The translations under genes were made by a program, and so were the position numbers. Below are positions 39,959 to 48,686 of a stretch of 64,000 nucleotides of DNA, in pieces. Origin of the DNA: an uncultured Lentisphaeria bacterium (lineage in GTDB: Bacteria > Verrucomicrobiota > Lentisphaeria > Victivallales > UBA1829); contig CASDPB010000047.1 in the NCBI GenBank assembly GCA_949282305.1, positions 155,514 through 219,513 of the forward strand, given 5' to 3'. Position 1 is the stretch's first letter; every line of letters begins with the position of its first letter. The notes under the pieces were generated by a model that did no database searches, was not told the DNA's origin, and was given only the letters and a program-made list of their open reading frames with translations.

Positions 39959-40738
39959 TCAGCCGAAACGTCCGGTGATGTATTCTTCCGTTTTCTTATT
40001 GGATGGATTGGTAAAAATCTTCGCCGTCGTGTCATGTTCTATGATGCGCCCTTTGTAGAAAAAGGCGGTGTAGTCCGAAATTCGCGATGCCTGCTGCATG
40101 TTGTGCGTGACGATCACGATGGTGAACCTCTGGCGCAGTTTCAGGAGCAGTTCCTCGATTTTCAGCGTGGCGACGGGGTCGATTGCGGAGGTCGGTTCGT
40201 CGAGCAGAAGAATATCCGGCTCGGCGGCAATCGTACGCGCAATGCAGAGACGCTGCTGCTGTCCTCCGGAAAGTGCCAGTCCGCTGCCGTTGAGTTTGTC
40301 CTTGACTTCATCCCAGAGGGATGCGCCGCGCAGAGCCGTTTCCACCCGTTCGGCGATCTCGCTTTTTCTGAGCTTGAAGTGAAGCCGCATTCCGTAGGCA
40401 ACATTGTCGAACACGGACATCGGGAACGGGGTCGGACGCTGGAAGATCATACCGACTTTGCGCCGCAGTTCCAGCACATCGACATTGCGGTCAAGAATGT
40501 TCTGTCCGTCGATGACGACCTCGCCTTCGACGCGCTGTTCGCGGTAAAGTTCAAAGATGCGGTTGTAAATTCTCAGATGAGTGGATTTTCCGCATCCGGA
40601 GGGCCCGATCACAGCGGTGATGCGGTTTTCCGGGATTTCCAGATTGTTGTCAAACAGCGACTGGTGGTCTCCGTAAAAGAAATTGAGGTTCTTCGCGGCG
40701 ATTTTGATTTTCGGTTTTTCTTCGTTTTGAATGGTCAT
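39959..40738 (-). CDS. pstB: phosphate ABC transporter ATP-binding protein
   Basis: 259 aa from ATG 40738 (ORF open to 40780). [10 protein letters not shown], Walker [23 protein letters not shown]. Confidence 0.95.
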   Translation of the reverse strand: MTIQNEEKPKIKIAAKNLNFFYGDHQSLFDNNLEIPENRITAVIGPSGCGKSTHLRIYNRIFELYREQRVEGEVVIDGQNILDRNVDVLELRRKVGMIFQRPTPFPMSVFDNVAYGMRLHFKLRKSEIAERVETALRGASLWDEVKDKLNGSGLALSGGQQQRLCIARTIAAEPDILLLDEPTSAIDPVATLKIEELLLKLRQRFTIVIVTHNMQQASRISDYTAFFYKGRIIEHDTTAKIFTNPSNKKTEEYITGRFG

Positions 40739-40739
40739 G

Positions 40740-41612
40740 TCAAGCATTTTTCTTCTCCCTGCAGATGTAACGGAGGACAATGTTCATCAGCAGCAATGTT
40801 ATCGTAATCAGGAATGCGGCGCCCCATCCCATCGCGTGCATCTCTTCGCTCGGAGAGTTGGTGGCGTATTCGTTGATGAGGACAGGCAGATTCGCGGTCG
40901 GCTGTGTGAAATAATGCCACGGCCAGGCATCGCTCCAAAGCGCCGTAAACAGAAGGGGAGCAGTCTCCCCGGCGGTTCGGGCGACGGCAAGCAGGATGCT
41001 CGTCACGAGCCCGCCTTTGATGGACCGGCAGACAATGCACAGAACGGAACGTGCGCGCGTCATGCCCAGAGCGAGGGAAGACTCATGAACAGCCGCAGGC
41101 ACCATCAGGATCATATCCTCCGTCGTGCGCATGACAACCGGAAACATGATGATCGCAAGGGAGAGCGATCCGGCAAGCCCCGAACGATGCCCGGTCGTGA
41201 CAACCAGCAGCGCATATACAAACACACCTGCGAGAATGGAAGGCAGCCCCATCATCACGTTGACGGAAAACCGGATCAGATTGCCGAGCTTGCTGTTCTG
41301 TCCGTAAATGGCAAGCCCGATTCCCCCGGCAAATGCGGCAGGCACTCCGATCAGAACCGCCATCAAGGTAATGAAAATGGTTCCGAGGATCGCGTTTCCG
41401 ACTCCGTTGTCAGGCTCGCCCGCAGGTTTGCTCCCGCAGAAAATAAAATCCAGACTGATCACCCCCGCGCCGTTTCTGATGACCGACCAGAGAATCCACA
41501 ACATGCAGAAAACCGCAAGCGCGACGCCCGCCACGGAAAGAAGCCACATCACCGAGTTCAGAAGTTTCCGGAAGAACATCGGGCGTCTGGCGACAGTAGT
41601 TGTCTCACTCAT
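40740..41612 (-). CDS. pstA: phosphate ABC transporter permease PstA
   Basis: 290 aa, polytopic. EAA-like loop [16 protein letters not shown] overlap with pstC. Confidence 0.9.
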   Translation of the reverse strand: MSETTTVARRPMFFRKLLNSVMWLLSVAGVALAVFCMLWILWSVIRNGAGVISLDFIFCGSKPAGEPDNGVGNAILGTIFITLMAVLIGVPAAFAGGIGLAIYGQNSKLGNLIRFSVNVMMGLPSILAGVFVYALLVVTTGHRSGLAGSLSLAIIMFPVVMRTTEDMILMVPAAVHESSLALGMTRARSVLCIVCRSIKGGLVTSILLAVARTAGETAPLLFTALWSDAWPWHYFTQPTANLPVLINEYATNSPSEEMHAMGWGAAFLITITLLLMNIVLRYICREKKNA

Positions 41613-42544
41613 TTTTCACCTCTCTTTCTGTCCATATTCTTCAGGTAAAGCTGCGCGACGGCCTGGACAGAGAGGGACAGCAGCATCAGGATCAGCCCGA
41701 GTGCGAAAAGAACACTGCGGAGAAGACCGTCCGCCTCATTGAAATTGTTTGCAAGAGTCGCGGCAATCGTGGTTCCGCTCCCGAACAGGGAAGTCGGGAG
41801 TTCCGCAATGCCGCCGATCACGAACAGGACCGCCATCGTTTCCCCGAGGGCGCGTCCGAGTCCGATAAACACTGCGCCGAAAATCCCGCGGATGCCATAG
41901 CGCAGAATGATGTGCGAAGCCACCTCCCACGAGGTACAGCCAATCCCGTAGGCGGCTTCCTGAAGCGGAGCGGGAGTCATGCGGAACACATCGCGCATGA
42001 CGGCGCAGATATAAGGAAGAATCATCAGGGCGAGGATGAGTCCGGCGGTCAGGAAGCCGAACCCGTTGTAATCCTCGCCGAAGAATGGAACTTTCCCGAG
42101 GTAAAGCGTATCAGCCAGAAACGGCTGGATGTAATCCTGCATGACGGGAGCCAGGACAAAGAGTCCCCACATACCGTAAATGATGCTGGGAATCGCCGCC
42201 AGCAGATCCAGCGCCTGGCTCAGCGGATACCCGAGCCATTTCGGCGCGTTCACGAGAAACAGCGCCGTGATGAAGCCCAGCGGGGCGGCGATGCCCACCG
42301 CAATCACCGTTGTCACCAGCGTTCCGGTGATCGCGGGAAGCGCCCCGTAAAGCTGCTGGACGGGATCCCACTGCGTTGACAGGATGAATTTGAAACCGAA
42401 TGTCCGGAATGCCTCGACCGAGTTGCCCCCCAGCAGGATAAAGAATCCGGCCGCAACCACCAGCGGGATGAAGGTGCACAGGAGCGTCAGGATCATGAAC
42501 ATCCGGTCCCGGATATTTTCTTTCTTTCCGAACTGATAAAACAT
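41609..42544 (-). CDS. pstC: phosphate ABC transporter permease PstC
   Basis: 311 aa, polytopic. QEAAYGIGCTSWE loop. Position between pstS and pstA. Confidence 0.9.
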   Translation of the reverse strand: MFYQFGKKENIRDRMFMILTLLCTFIPLVVAAGFFILLGGNSVEAFRTFGFKFILSTQWDPVQQLYGALPAITGTLVTTVIAVGIAAPLGFITALFLVNAPKWLGYPLSQALDLLAAIPSIIYGMWGLFVLAPVMQDYIQPFLADTLYLGKVPFFGEDYNGFGFLTAGLILALMILPYICAVMRDVFRMTPAPLQEAAYGIGCTSWEVASHIILRYGIRGIFGAVFIGLGRALGETMAVLFVIGGIAELPTSLFGSGTTIAATLANNFNEADGLLRSVLFALGLILMLLSLSVQAVAQLYLKNMDRKRGEK

Positions 42545-42563
42545 ACCTCAGGATCCGTTTCTC

Positions 42564-43598
42564 TTAAAGTGCGTTTTTCTGCCCGTTGACGGTGATCTCG
42601 TTTTTCCAGTAATCGCCGATCATTTTGACCACATTTTCGGGCATCGGGACATAGTGCATCTTCGCGGCGGAGGCGCGCCCGCTCGTGAAGCACCAGTTGA
42701 AATATTTAAGCATCGCTCTGGCGGCGTCGGCATTTTTCTGGTCGCGATGAATCAGAATGTAGGTGACGCCGACAATCGGCCAGCTGTCCGCGCCGGGCTG
42801 ATCGGTCAGCATCTGGTAAAAGCCCTGATCGGCTTTCCAGTCGGCATGGGCGGCAGCAGCGGAAAACGCTTCGCTGTCCGCCGTGACGAATTTTCCGTCT
42901 TTGTTTTTCAGGGAGGCAACCGGAAGTTTGTATTCCGTTGCAAACGTGTATTCCGTATAGCCGATCGCGCCGCGGCTCTTTCTGACCATATTGCAGACGC
43001 CGGGGTTCTTGCTTCCGCCGATACCCGCGGGCCACTTCACGTCAGAGCCTGCGCCGACCTTGTCCGCCCATTCCTTGGAAATCTTGGCAAGATAATCCGT
43101 AAAGATATAGGTTGTTCCGGAGCTGTCGGTTCTGTGCACAACGGTGATTTTGAGTTTCGGCAGACGGAGCCCCGGATTCAGAGCCGCAATGCGCGGATCG
43201 CTCCAATTCTTGATCTTCCCGAGGAAAATATCGGCAAGAACCGCCTGATCCAGCTTCAGCTGATTCGTTTTGACACCCGGCAGATTGTAAATCAGAACCA
43301 CGCCGCCGCTGAGCATCGGGAACTGAAGAAGCCCGGATTTGTTGAGCTCGTCGATTTTGAGCGGTTTGTCGGTTCCGCCGAAGTTTGCAGTCGCCGACTT
43401 GATCTGATTGATTCCGGCTCCGGAACCGAGAGGCTGATAATTCACGCGAACGTCCTTGTTGACATTGCTGAATCCGTAAGTCCAGACCCGATACACCGGC
43501 GCGGGGAACGACGCCCCGACTCCATTGATCGTGAGGTCTGCGGCGGAGACACTCAGTGCAAGAGCCCCGGCCAGTACAGCGAGAGTTTGTTTCAACAT
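42564..43598 (-). CDS. pstS: periplasmic phosphate-binding protein
   Basis: 344 aa from ATG 43598 (AAGGAG SD; ORF open to 43631). Signal peptide MLKQTLAVLAGALALSVSA. GVGASFPAPVY motif. Confidence 0.9.
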   Translation of the reverse strand: MLKQTLAVLAGALALSVSAADLTINGVGASFPAPVYRVWTYGFSNVNKDVRVNYQPLGSGAGINQIKSATANFGGTDKPLKIDELNKSGLLQFPMLSGGVVLIYNLPGVKTNQLKLDQAVLADIFLGKIKNWSDPRIAALNPGLRLPKLKITVVHRTDSSGTTYIFTDYLAKISKEWADKVGAGSDVKWPAGIGGSKNPGVCNMVRKSRGAIGYTEYTFATEYKLPVASLKNKDGKFVTADSEAFSAAAAHADWKADQGFYQMLTDQPGADSWPIVGVTYILIHRDQKNADAARAMLKYFNWCFTSGRASAAKMHYVPMPENVVKMIGDYWKNEITVNGQKNAL

Positions 43599-43620
43599 AC
43601 CATTTTCTCCTTTTTTCAAT

Positions 43621-43689
43621 TTTCCGGGCATCTCCCGGAAAACCTGTTTTGTTGATTTATTTCAAGCGGGGCAGATTCCGCCGCCCCGC
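43621..43689 (-). other. two stem-loops in the 100-nt secretin-pstS spacer (possible partial terminator / processing or attenuation site)
   Basis: GC stem gcggggc/gccccgc (43666-43672 / 43683-43689) begins 10 nt after the secretin TAA. A second 8-bp stem tttccggg/cccggaaa (43621-43628 / 43634-43641) lies about 20 nt before the pstS SD. Neither has a strong minus-strand U-tract. Confidence 0.4.
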
Positions 43690-43698
43690 CCTTTTTCT

Positions 43699-45585
43699 TT
43701 AATATGTGTCCAAATCCAGTTTCTTTCCGGAATCGAATCCCCATTGTCCATAGCCGTAGGAATTGCTGTTTCCGGCATCTTTGGTCGCATCGCGGATGAC
43801 CTGAATATCGGAATTGATGTTTTCCGGAAGCGCGCTGTCGGGACGGACACTTTCGCATTCCGCCACTACGACCAGCTGCGATTTCTTTGTGGATTCGCTT
43901 TCCGTCGAAAACGCCCAGCCGATCAGCGGAATGTCCTTGAGAATCGGAATACCGCCCTGCCCTCTCACGACATCCAGTTTCTCAATGCCGCCGATCACGA
44001 AACGGTTGTTCCTGTTGCCGATCATGATACGGGTCGTCAGAGGCTCCAGCTGTGACTGCCGCGGCGTGCCGTCGGAAAGATACCCCATCAGCGTATTCGA
44101 TGTGATGGAAACGTCCAGAATCGTGGCATTCGCCGTAATGGAAGGCGTCACATCCATCCTGAACTGATAGCCGTTGGAGATTCCTTCCTCAATCTTGAAT
44201 CCGCTGTCGGAAAGAACATTTTCCTCTTCGCCCCACGTGATTCCCTGCACGCTGTCCGAAACCACGACTTTCTTCCCGTATTCCTGCCCGTTCTTGTAGA
44301 AGCGGGCCCCGTTGTGCGCCGTCAGTGTCACACGGACATCGCCGTTGGCGTCGGTTGTCTTCGCCGCCCCGACCACAGCATTTGCGGGGACGACCGCAAC
44401 CGCCGTTCCGCCCATGTCGATCATGTTCGTAACCGGCGTCACAGTGCCGTTTTCACTGTAGTTGCTGCCGAGCTGCATCTTGAACGCCGGATCAATCTGA
44501 TCGCCCTGTTTGGCATAGACGATTCCGGTGTTCCTCACAAGAGAGCCCTTTTTATTGTTGCGGACGGAAAGTTCTCCGGTGTAGGCGACTTTGCCTTTTC
44601 CCCTGGAGACAAGGAAGTCAAGATAACGGGTATTCCACTTCGGATTGAAATTGAAATACTGGGAATTGTTGGAACCGGCGCCGCGCTGAAGTCCGCCGCC
44701 GAAAGCCGCAGACCAGTTGTCGCGGTATCTCGCGCCCGTGCTGAAGAAATCCGCGCCGTCATTGTTCTTCCATGCCTGGAAGTCGGCGCCGAGGCGTCCG
44801 TCGTTTTCCGCGTAAATTTCATAAATCATATATTTCACGCGGACTTCCGGATGCGGGATGTCGTAAAGTTTCAGCATGTCCTCGATATTCTTGCGGGAGT
44901 AGAGAGCGGTGCTGAAGAAGAGACAGTTCAGTCCGCCGTCCACGGCGACTTTGTCCTTGCCGCCGATCAGTTCCACCGTGTCGTCGGAAACGTTTGCACC
45001 GACATTTTTGATCATCGTCTCAAGTTCACTCGCCGGACGGTTCGCGGGGAAATAGATGAATTTCGGCTGACCGGACGAGTTTCTGATGCCGGGCTTGTCC
45101 AGATGGGCAACGATGGAATCAATCCCCATGCCGTTCGGACTGTCTTTGAAACGGTATTCCTCGGCGGAGATGATGACCGCCCCGGTGCCGTCGGCAAACT
45201 TGACGCACTCAACTCCGGAGGGAATCGCAATATCGTTCTTGGTGCGATAGATGTTGTAATAGTTGTGCGGCTGGTTCGGATCTTCCCCGTCCTTGTAGTT
45301 TACGCGCAGCGCCTGGACCATTTCACGCAGATACGGGCGAATCTCATAGGCGTCGGCGTGCTTCAGGAGATAAGTTTTCGTAATGATTTTCGGATCGTTG
45401 GTATCGCGGATGAAATGAACCATTTCGGTGCCTTCCCTGATGTTCAGGCGGAGCTGAGCCTGCACCATGGACGGAGAATACGCGGGATTTGCATTGCCGG
45501 TCGGCATTTCATTGGCAAGAAGTGTCGAACCGCAGAGTGCGAGAAATGCCGTGACAGCCGATCTTTTCATATTTTTTCTTTTCAT
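43699..45585 (-). CDS. secretin-family outer-membrane protein (paralog B)
   Basis: 628 aa. Signal peptide MKRKNMKRSAVTAFLALCGSTLLA. N-domain-like KTYLLKHADAYEIRPYL. C-terminal secretin signature GGIPILKDIPLIGWAFSTESESTKKSQLVVVAECE. Confidence 0.8.
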   Translation of the reverse strand: MKRKNMKRSAVTAFLALCGSTLLANEMPTGNANPAYSPSMVQAQLRLNIREGTEMVHFIRDTNDPKIITKTYLLKHADAYEIRPYLREMVQALRVNYKDGEDPNQPHNYYNIYRTKNDIAIPSGVECVKFADGTGAVIISAEEYRFKDSPNGMGIDSIVAHLDKPGIRNSSGQPKFIYFPANRPASELETMIKNVGANVSDDTVELIGGKDKVAVDGGLNCLFFSTALYSRKNIEDMLKLYDIPHPEVRVKYMIYEIYAENDGRLGADFQAWKNNDGADFFSTGARYRDNWSAAFGGGLQRGAGSNNSQYFNFNPKWNTRYLDFLVSRGKGKVAYTGELSVRNNKKGSLVRNTGIVYAKQGDQIDPAFKMQLGSNYSENGTVTPVTNMIDMGGTAVAVVPANAVVGAAKTTDANGDVRVTLTAHNGARFYKNGQEYGKKVVVSDSVQGITWGEEENVLSDSGFKIEEGISNGYQFRMDVTPSITANATILDVSITSNTLMGYLSDGTPRQSQLEPLTTRIMIGNRNNRFVIGGIEKLDVVRGQGGIPILKDIPLIGWAFSTESESTKKSQLVVVAECESVRPDSALPENINSDIQVIRDATKDAGNSNSYGYGQWGFDSGKKLDLDTY

Positions 45586-45604
45586 AATCGCTCAATCTCC
45601 TCTG

Positions 45605-47095
45605 TTATTTCTTCGCCGGGACAAGATCCGTCAGAGAGGTCATGCGGCCGGAGAGCTCCGCAATGTCCGCATCAGGATGGATGAACTCGGCGGTGACGGT
45701 CAGGAAAAAATGGGTCTTGTCAATATTTTTCGTGGTATAGCCGAAAATATATTTCAGCACCGGAAGTTCGCAGAGGAACGGAATGCCGATCGTCTGCTCC
45801 ACTTCGGAATCCTTCGTCCACGAGGTCAGCAGCTTTTCATGGTTGACTGCCATCGTCACATAAGAGTCGACGCTGCTGGACTCCGTCAGCTCTTCACCGT
45901 AGTTGTTCCGTTCCACAACCTGCGAAGAATTCAGCAGATAATTGAAATTGACGTTGCCGCCGAATTTTCTGCTGTAATCCTCCTTTGTAAAAGGCAGGAG
46001 CCCGTCTTTGTCCGGCTTGACGGAATTGAAGCAGATCACCGGATTGGAAATCGTAACGGAAAATTCAGGCATGGAGGAACGGATAAACGTCTTGTCGTTC
46101 TCCTCGCCGTCCTTCACCAGATTCTGGTATTCCGGCGTGAAAGCGAGCTCGTAGCTTCCGCCCTCGTTATTGGTGATCGTGAGGCTGCCGCTGCCCGCAA
46201 GCGTTGCTTTCCCGTTCTGCTGCAGAAGACGGATGAAGCTCATGTCAAAGGCAGGCGCCACAAAAAAACCGCCGTAGGAATAGGAAAACGCGCCGGCAGC
46301 GGAGGGAGCCGCCTGGAGCAGCGTCTGAATCAGCGCCTCATTCAATTTCAGACTTGTCAAATCGAATCCGGCAGCCATGAGATCCATGCCGGGACCGTTT
46401 TTCCATGCCAGATAGTCAACGCCGAGATCACGCATCGTACTTTCGCGGATTTCGTAAATATGGAATGTCAGGTTGACCTGCGGAAGCGGGCGGTCCAGCC
46501 AGCCGATGTATTTGATCAGGTCGCGCGTCTTGTTGCCGGAATCCTTCCAGTAGATCAGGTTTGTGGCTTCGTCGTATTGAACGACCGCGTCCTGCTTCCG
46601 GTCGCTCGTCGCATTGGAGGGAATTCCCGTGTCGCTCATGATATCCACAATCTCCTGACTGGAGCGGAACTTCGGCGTATAGACGTAACGCTGAATCCCG
46701 GTTCCGTCAAGAAGAGAACCGAACGGTCCGCGTTTCGCCGATGGACGGTCCAGCTTGGCGACCATGTCATCCACGTAAGGCATCATTTTCACGCCGGTGG
46801 TGACAACGATCATCTGTTTTGCCGAATAGTTGATGCGGTCAACCGTGGAGTTTGAGGAGTAACGCTTCACGGCGCCAAGGACAAACGGCACCAGATCGTT
46901 CGCCTTGAGATGCTTCAGATCATAGACCTTGCTGACCATATAGTTCTGGGCATCGTCCTCCTTGAATCTGATTTTCTGGACTTTGTCCGGTGCTGGCTCT
47001 TTCGTTTCAGAAGCGGGGTCGAAAGCTGCCGCGTCCATCGCGCACAGCAGTCCGCAGGCACCGCCAAGACTGACTCGAAACCATTTGTCATTCAT
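45605..47095 (-). CDS. secretin-family outer-membrane protein (paralog A)
   Basis: 496 aa from ATG 47095 (AAGGAG SD; ORF opens at TTG 47149). Signal-like MNDKWFRVSLGGACGLLCAMDAAA. N-domain-like SKVYDLKHLKANDLVPFV. C-terminal IGIPFLCELPVLKYIFGYTTKNIDKTHFFLTVTAEF. Confidence 0.75.
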   Translation of the reverse strand: MNDKWFRVSLGGACGLLCAMDAAAFDPASETKEPAPDKVQKIRFKEDDAQNYMVSKVYDLKHLKANDLVPFVLGAVKRYSSNSTVDRINYSAKQMIVVTTGVKMMPYVDDMVAKLDRPSAKRGPFGSLLDGTGIQRYVYTPKFRSSQEIVDIMSDTGIPSNATSDRKQDAVVQYDEATNLIYWKDSGNKTRDLIKYIGWLDRPLPQVNLTFHIYEIRESTMRDLGVDYLAWKNGPGMDLMAAGFDLTSLKLNEALIQTLLQAAPSAAGAFSYSYGGFFVAPAFDMSFIRLLQQNGKATLAGSGSLTITNNEGGSYELAFTPEYQNLVKDGEENDKTFIRSSMPEFSVTISNPVICFNSVKPDKDGLLPFTKEDYSRKFGGNVNFNYLLNSSQVVERNNYGEELTESSSVDSYVTMAVNHEKLLTSWTKDSEVEQTIGIPFLCELPVLKYIFGYTTKNIDKTHFFLTVTAEFIHPDADIAELSGRMTSLTDLVPAKK

Positions 47096-47164
47096 AGAAA
47101 CTCCTTTGTTTCCTTGTTTGGTTTTCGGCATTTCCGCCGTCGATACCAATAAGATAAACCCTGA

Positions 47165-47204
47165 AAATTAGCCTCGGGTAAAGTGCTTGTTAAAGTTTCG
47201 TTAA
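47165..47204 (-). promoter_or_regulatory. candidate secretin-operon promoter with a proximal pair of phased TTAACA-type repeats
   Basis: On the minus strand, TTAACG-aaact-TTAACA (47204-47188, 11-bp period). The second hexamer acts as the -35, followed by a 17-nt spacer and TAATTT (47170-47165). Confidence 0.4.
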
Positions 47205-47266
47205 CTTCTTTTCCGCATCTTTTTCTAACAATATACTGTCCGGAAATTCAGGATGAATTAAGAAAA

Positions 47267-47283
47267 TGTTAGACTTCTGTTAA
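47267..47283 (-). promoter_or_regulatory. distal pair of phased TTAACA-type repeats (Pho-box-like)
   Basis: On the minus strand, TTAACA-gaagt-CTAACA with an exact 11-bp period. Confidence 0.35.
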
Positions 47284-47442
47284 ATGCGGCAAAAAGTCCC
47301 CGCCCCCGAATGTTGGAAATCCGCAAGGAAAATATGAAATGCGGCACGGCAATGGCACCCCGACGGCTTTTCCGCCGGAAGCCCCGGAACCGGCGGAAAC
47401 CGGAACATTTCCAGAAAAATGTATTTATTTTCCGCCGTCCAA

Positions 47443-47470
47443 TTGAAAAACTGAAAAAGAAGAGTATATT
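47443..47470 (+). promoter_or_regulatory. sigma70-type promoter for the second LacI-family gene
   Basis: TTGAAA (47443-47448), 16-nt spacer, TATATT (47465-47470). It lies 50 nt upstream of ATG 47520. Confidence 0.5.
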
Positions 47471-47519
47471 GGCAAAGTCCCTAAACCGCTTTAGGATAAC
47501 ATCTTATCTGGAGAATACG

Positions 47520-48506
47520 ATGCTGAAGAAACGACTTACCTTACGCGATATTGCAAAAAAAGCAAATGTATCTTTGACTTCGGCATCCATGTATCTGAAC
47601 GGGAAAGCCCGCGCAAACCATATTTCCGAAAAAACCTGCGCCCGGATTGAAGAAGTCATCCGGCGGGAAAATTATCAGCCCAATGTCAATGCGCGCGCCA
47701 TGGCTATGAAACGGACAAATCTGGTCGGATGCGTCATGCGGGACAGCCTGGAAAGTTCCTTCTGGGCGGACATCCTTGCGGGAATTGATGAACAGCTTGC
47801 GCCGGAGAATATTCATCTGCTCCTGACCGTCTCCTCCGGCGGACTGGAAGCGGAAATGCAGGCTTTTGAATTTCTGCGCGCGAAAGGCGTCGATTCCTAT
47901 ATCTGGATTCCGACTGTAAAACGGGGCGGCAGCAACAATTATGAATCAATCCGGGAGTTTTCCGCGGAGCGCCCGGTTGTCACGCTCACAAGTCTGGTGG
48001 AGGGACTTCATGGAGTTGCCGTCGACGATGAAGCGGGAGGGCGTCTCGCCGCACGCCATTTTGTGGAAAACGGACACCGAAAACTTGCAACACTCGCAGG
48101 AAGCCGGGTCTACAAACGCTGCGAATACTTCGCGGACGAGGCAGAAAAACTCGGAGCGGAAGTCACCGCATTCAAGCACCTGGAAGACATCGCACCGGTC
48201 ATTCGGGACTTTACGGCCGTATTCTGTTTTTCCGACATGAAGGCGCTGGAGCTGTACAAATTCTGCGCCGGAGCAGGAGTACGCATTCCCGCAGACCTTT
48301 CAGTAATCGGTTATGACAATCTTTTGTTCACAGACCTCATGCTGCCTTCCCTGACCACAATTCACCAGCCGAAGCACGAACTGGGGCGTGAAACGGGAAA
48401 GCTCGTATTGAAAGCACTCGCAGACAAGAAACTGCCGCCGGAACAGATCAAACTCCCGCCGGAGCTGATTCTCCGCGCAAGCACGGCGAAATTCGTGCCG
48501 CAATGA
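47520..48506 (+). CDS. LacI-family transcriptional regulator
   Basis: 328 aa from ATG 47520 (GGAG SD; the longer ORF from 47310 is a basic low-complexity extension). HTH LTLRDIAKKANVSLTSASMYLNGK. Confidence 0.85.
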   Translation: MLKKRLTLRDIAKKANVSLTSASMYLNGKARANHISEKTCARIEEVIRRENYQPNVNARAMAMKRTNLVGCVMRDSLESSFWADILAGIDEQLAPENIHLLLTVSSGGLEAEMQAFEFLRAKGVDSYIWIPTVKRGGSNNYESIREFSAERPVVTLTSLVEGLHGVAVDDEAGGRLAARHFVENGHRKLATLAGSRVYKRCEYFADEAEKLGAEVTAFKHLEDIAPVIRDFTAVFCFSDMKALELYKFCAGAGVRIPADLSVIGYDNLLFTDLMLPSLTTIHQPKHELGRETGKLVLKALADKKLPPEQIKLPPELILRASTAKFVPQ

Positions 48507-48625
48507 ATCCGCTCAGGAAAAAACGCCCGGAACAGGCGGTCCGGCGCTCCGGAGATGCAGAATTCCGAAGATTACCGGAACGATGCCGCCATCGTGAAAA
48601 AAAGGCAAATCAATTTTTCCCGCTA

Positions 48626-48654
48626 TTGCCATATTTCCATTCAGGATGTATATT
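48626..48654 (+). promoter_or_regulatory. sigma70-type promoter for the LysM...murI gene string
   Basis: TTGCCA (48626-48631), 17-nt spacer, TATATT (48649-48654). It lies 33 nt upstream of ATG 48687. Confidence 0.5.
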
Positions 48655-48686
48655 GATTCCCCAATATAACTGTGTGGGAGATTTTT

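Noticed and set aside
44314-46855. Plus-strand ORFs (44314-45684, 45467-46855) antisense to the two secretin genes
   Set aside because: They give Arg/His-rich nonsense translations. The minus-strand frames carry signal peptides and secretin signatures.
47131-47439. 11-nt direct repeat TTTCCGCCGTC (47131-47141 and 47429-47439) flanking the AT-rich secretin upstream region, as a possible insertion footprint
   Set aside because: One copy lies inside the discounted TTG-start 5' extension of the secretin A ORF (47096-47149). A few such nearby 11-mer matches are expected by chance in 64 kb, and no mobile-element gene lies between the copies.
47310-47519. 70-codon N-terminal extension of the second LacI ORF
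   Set aside because: It is a basic low-complexity sequence. A good promoter (47443-47470) and SD sit inside it, and the HTH begins right after ATG 47520.
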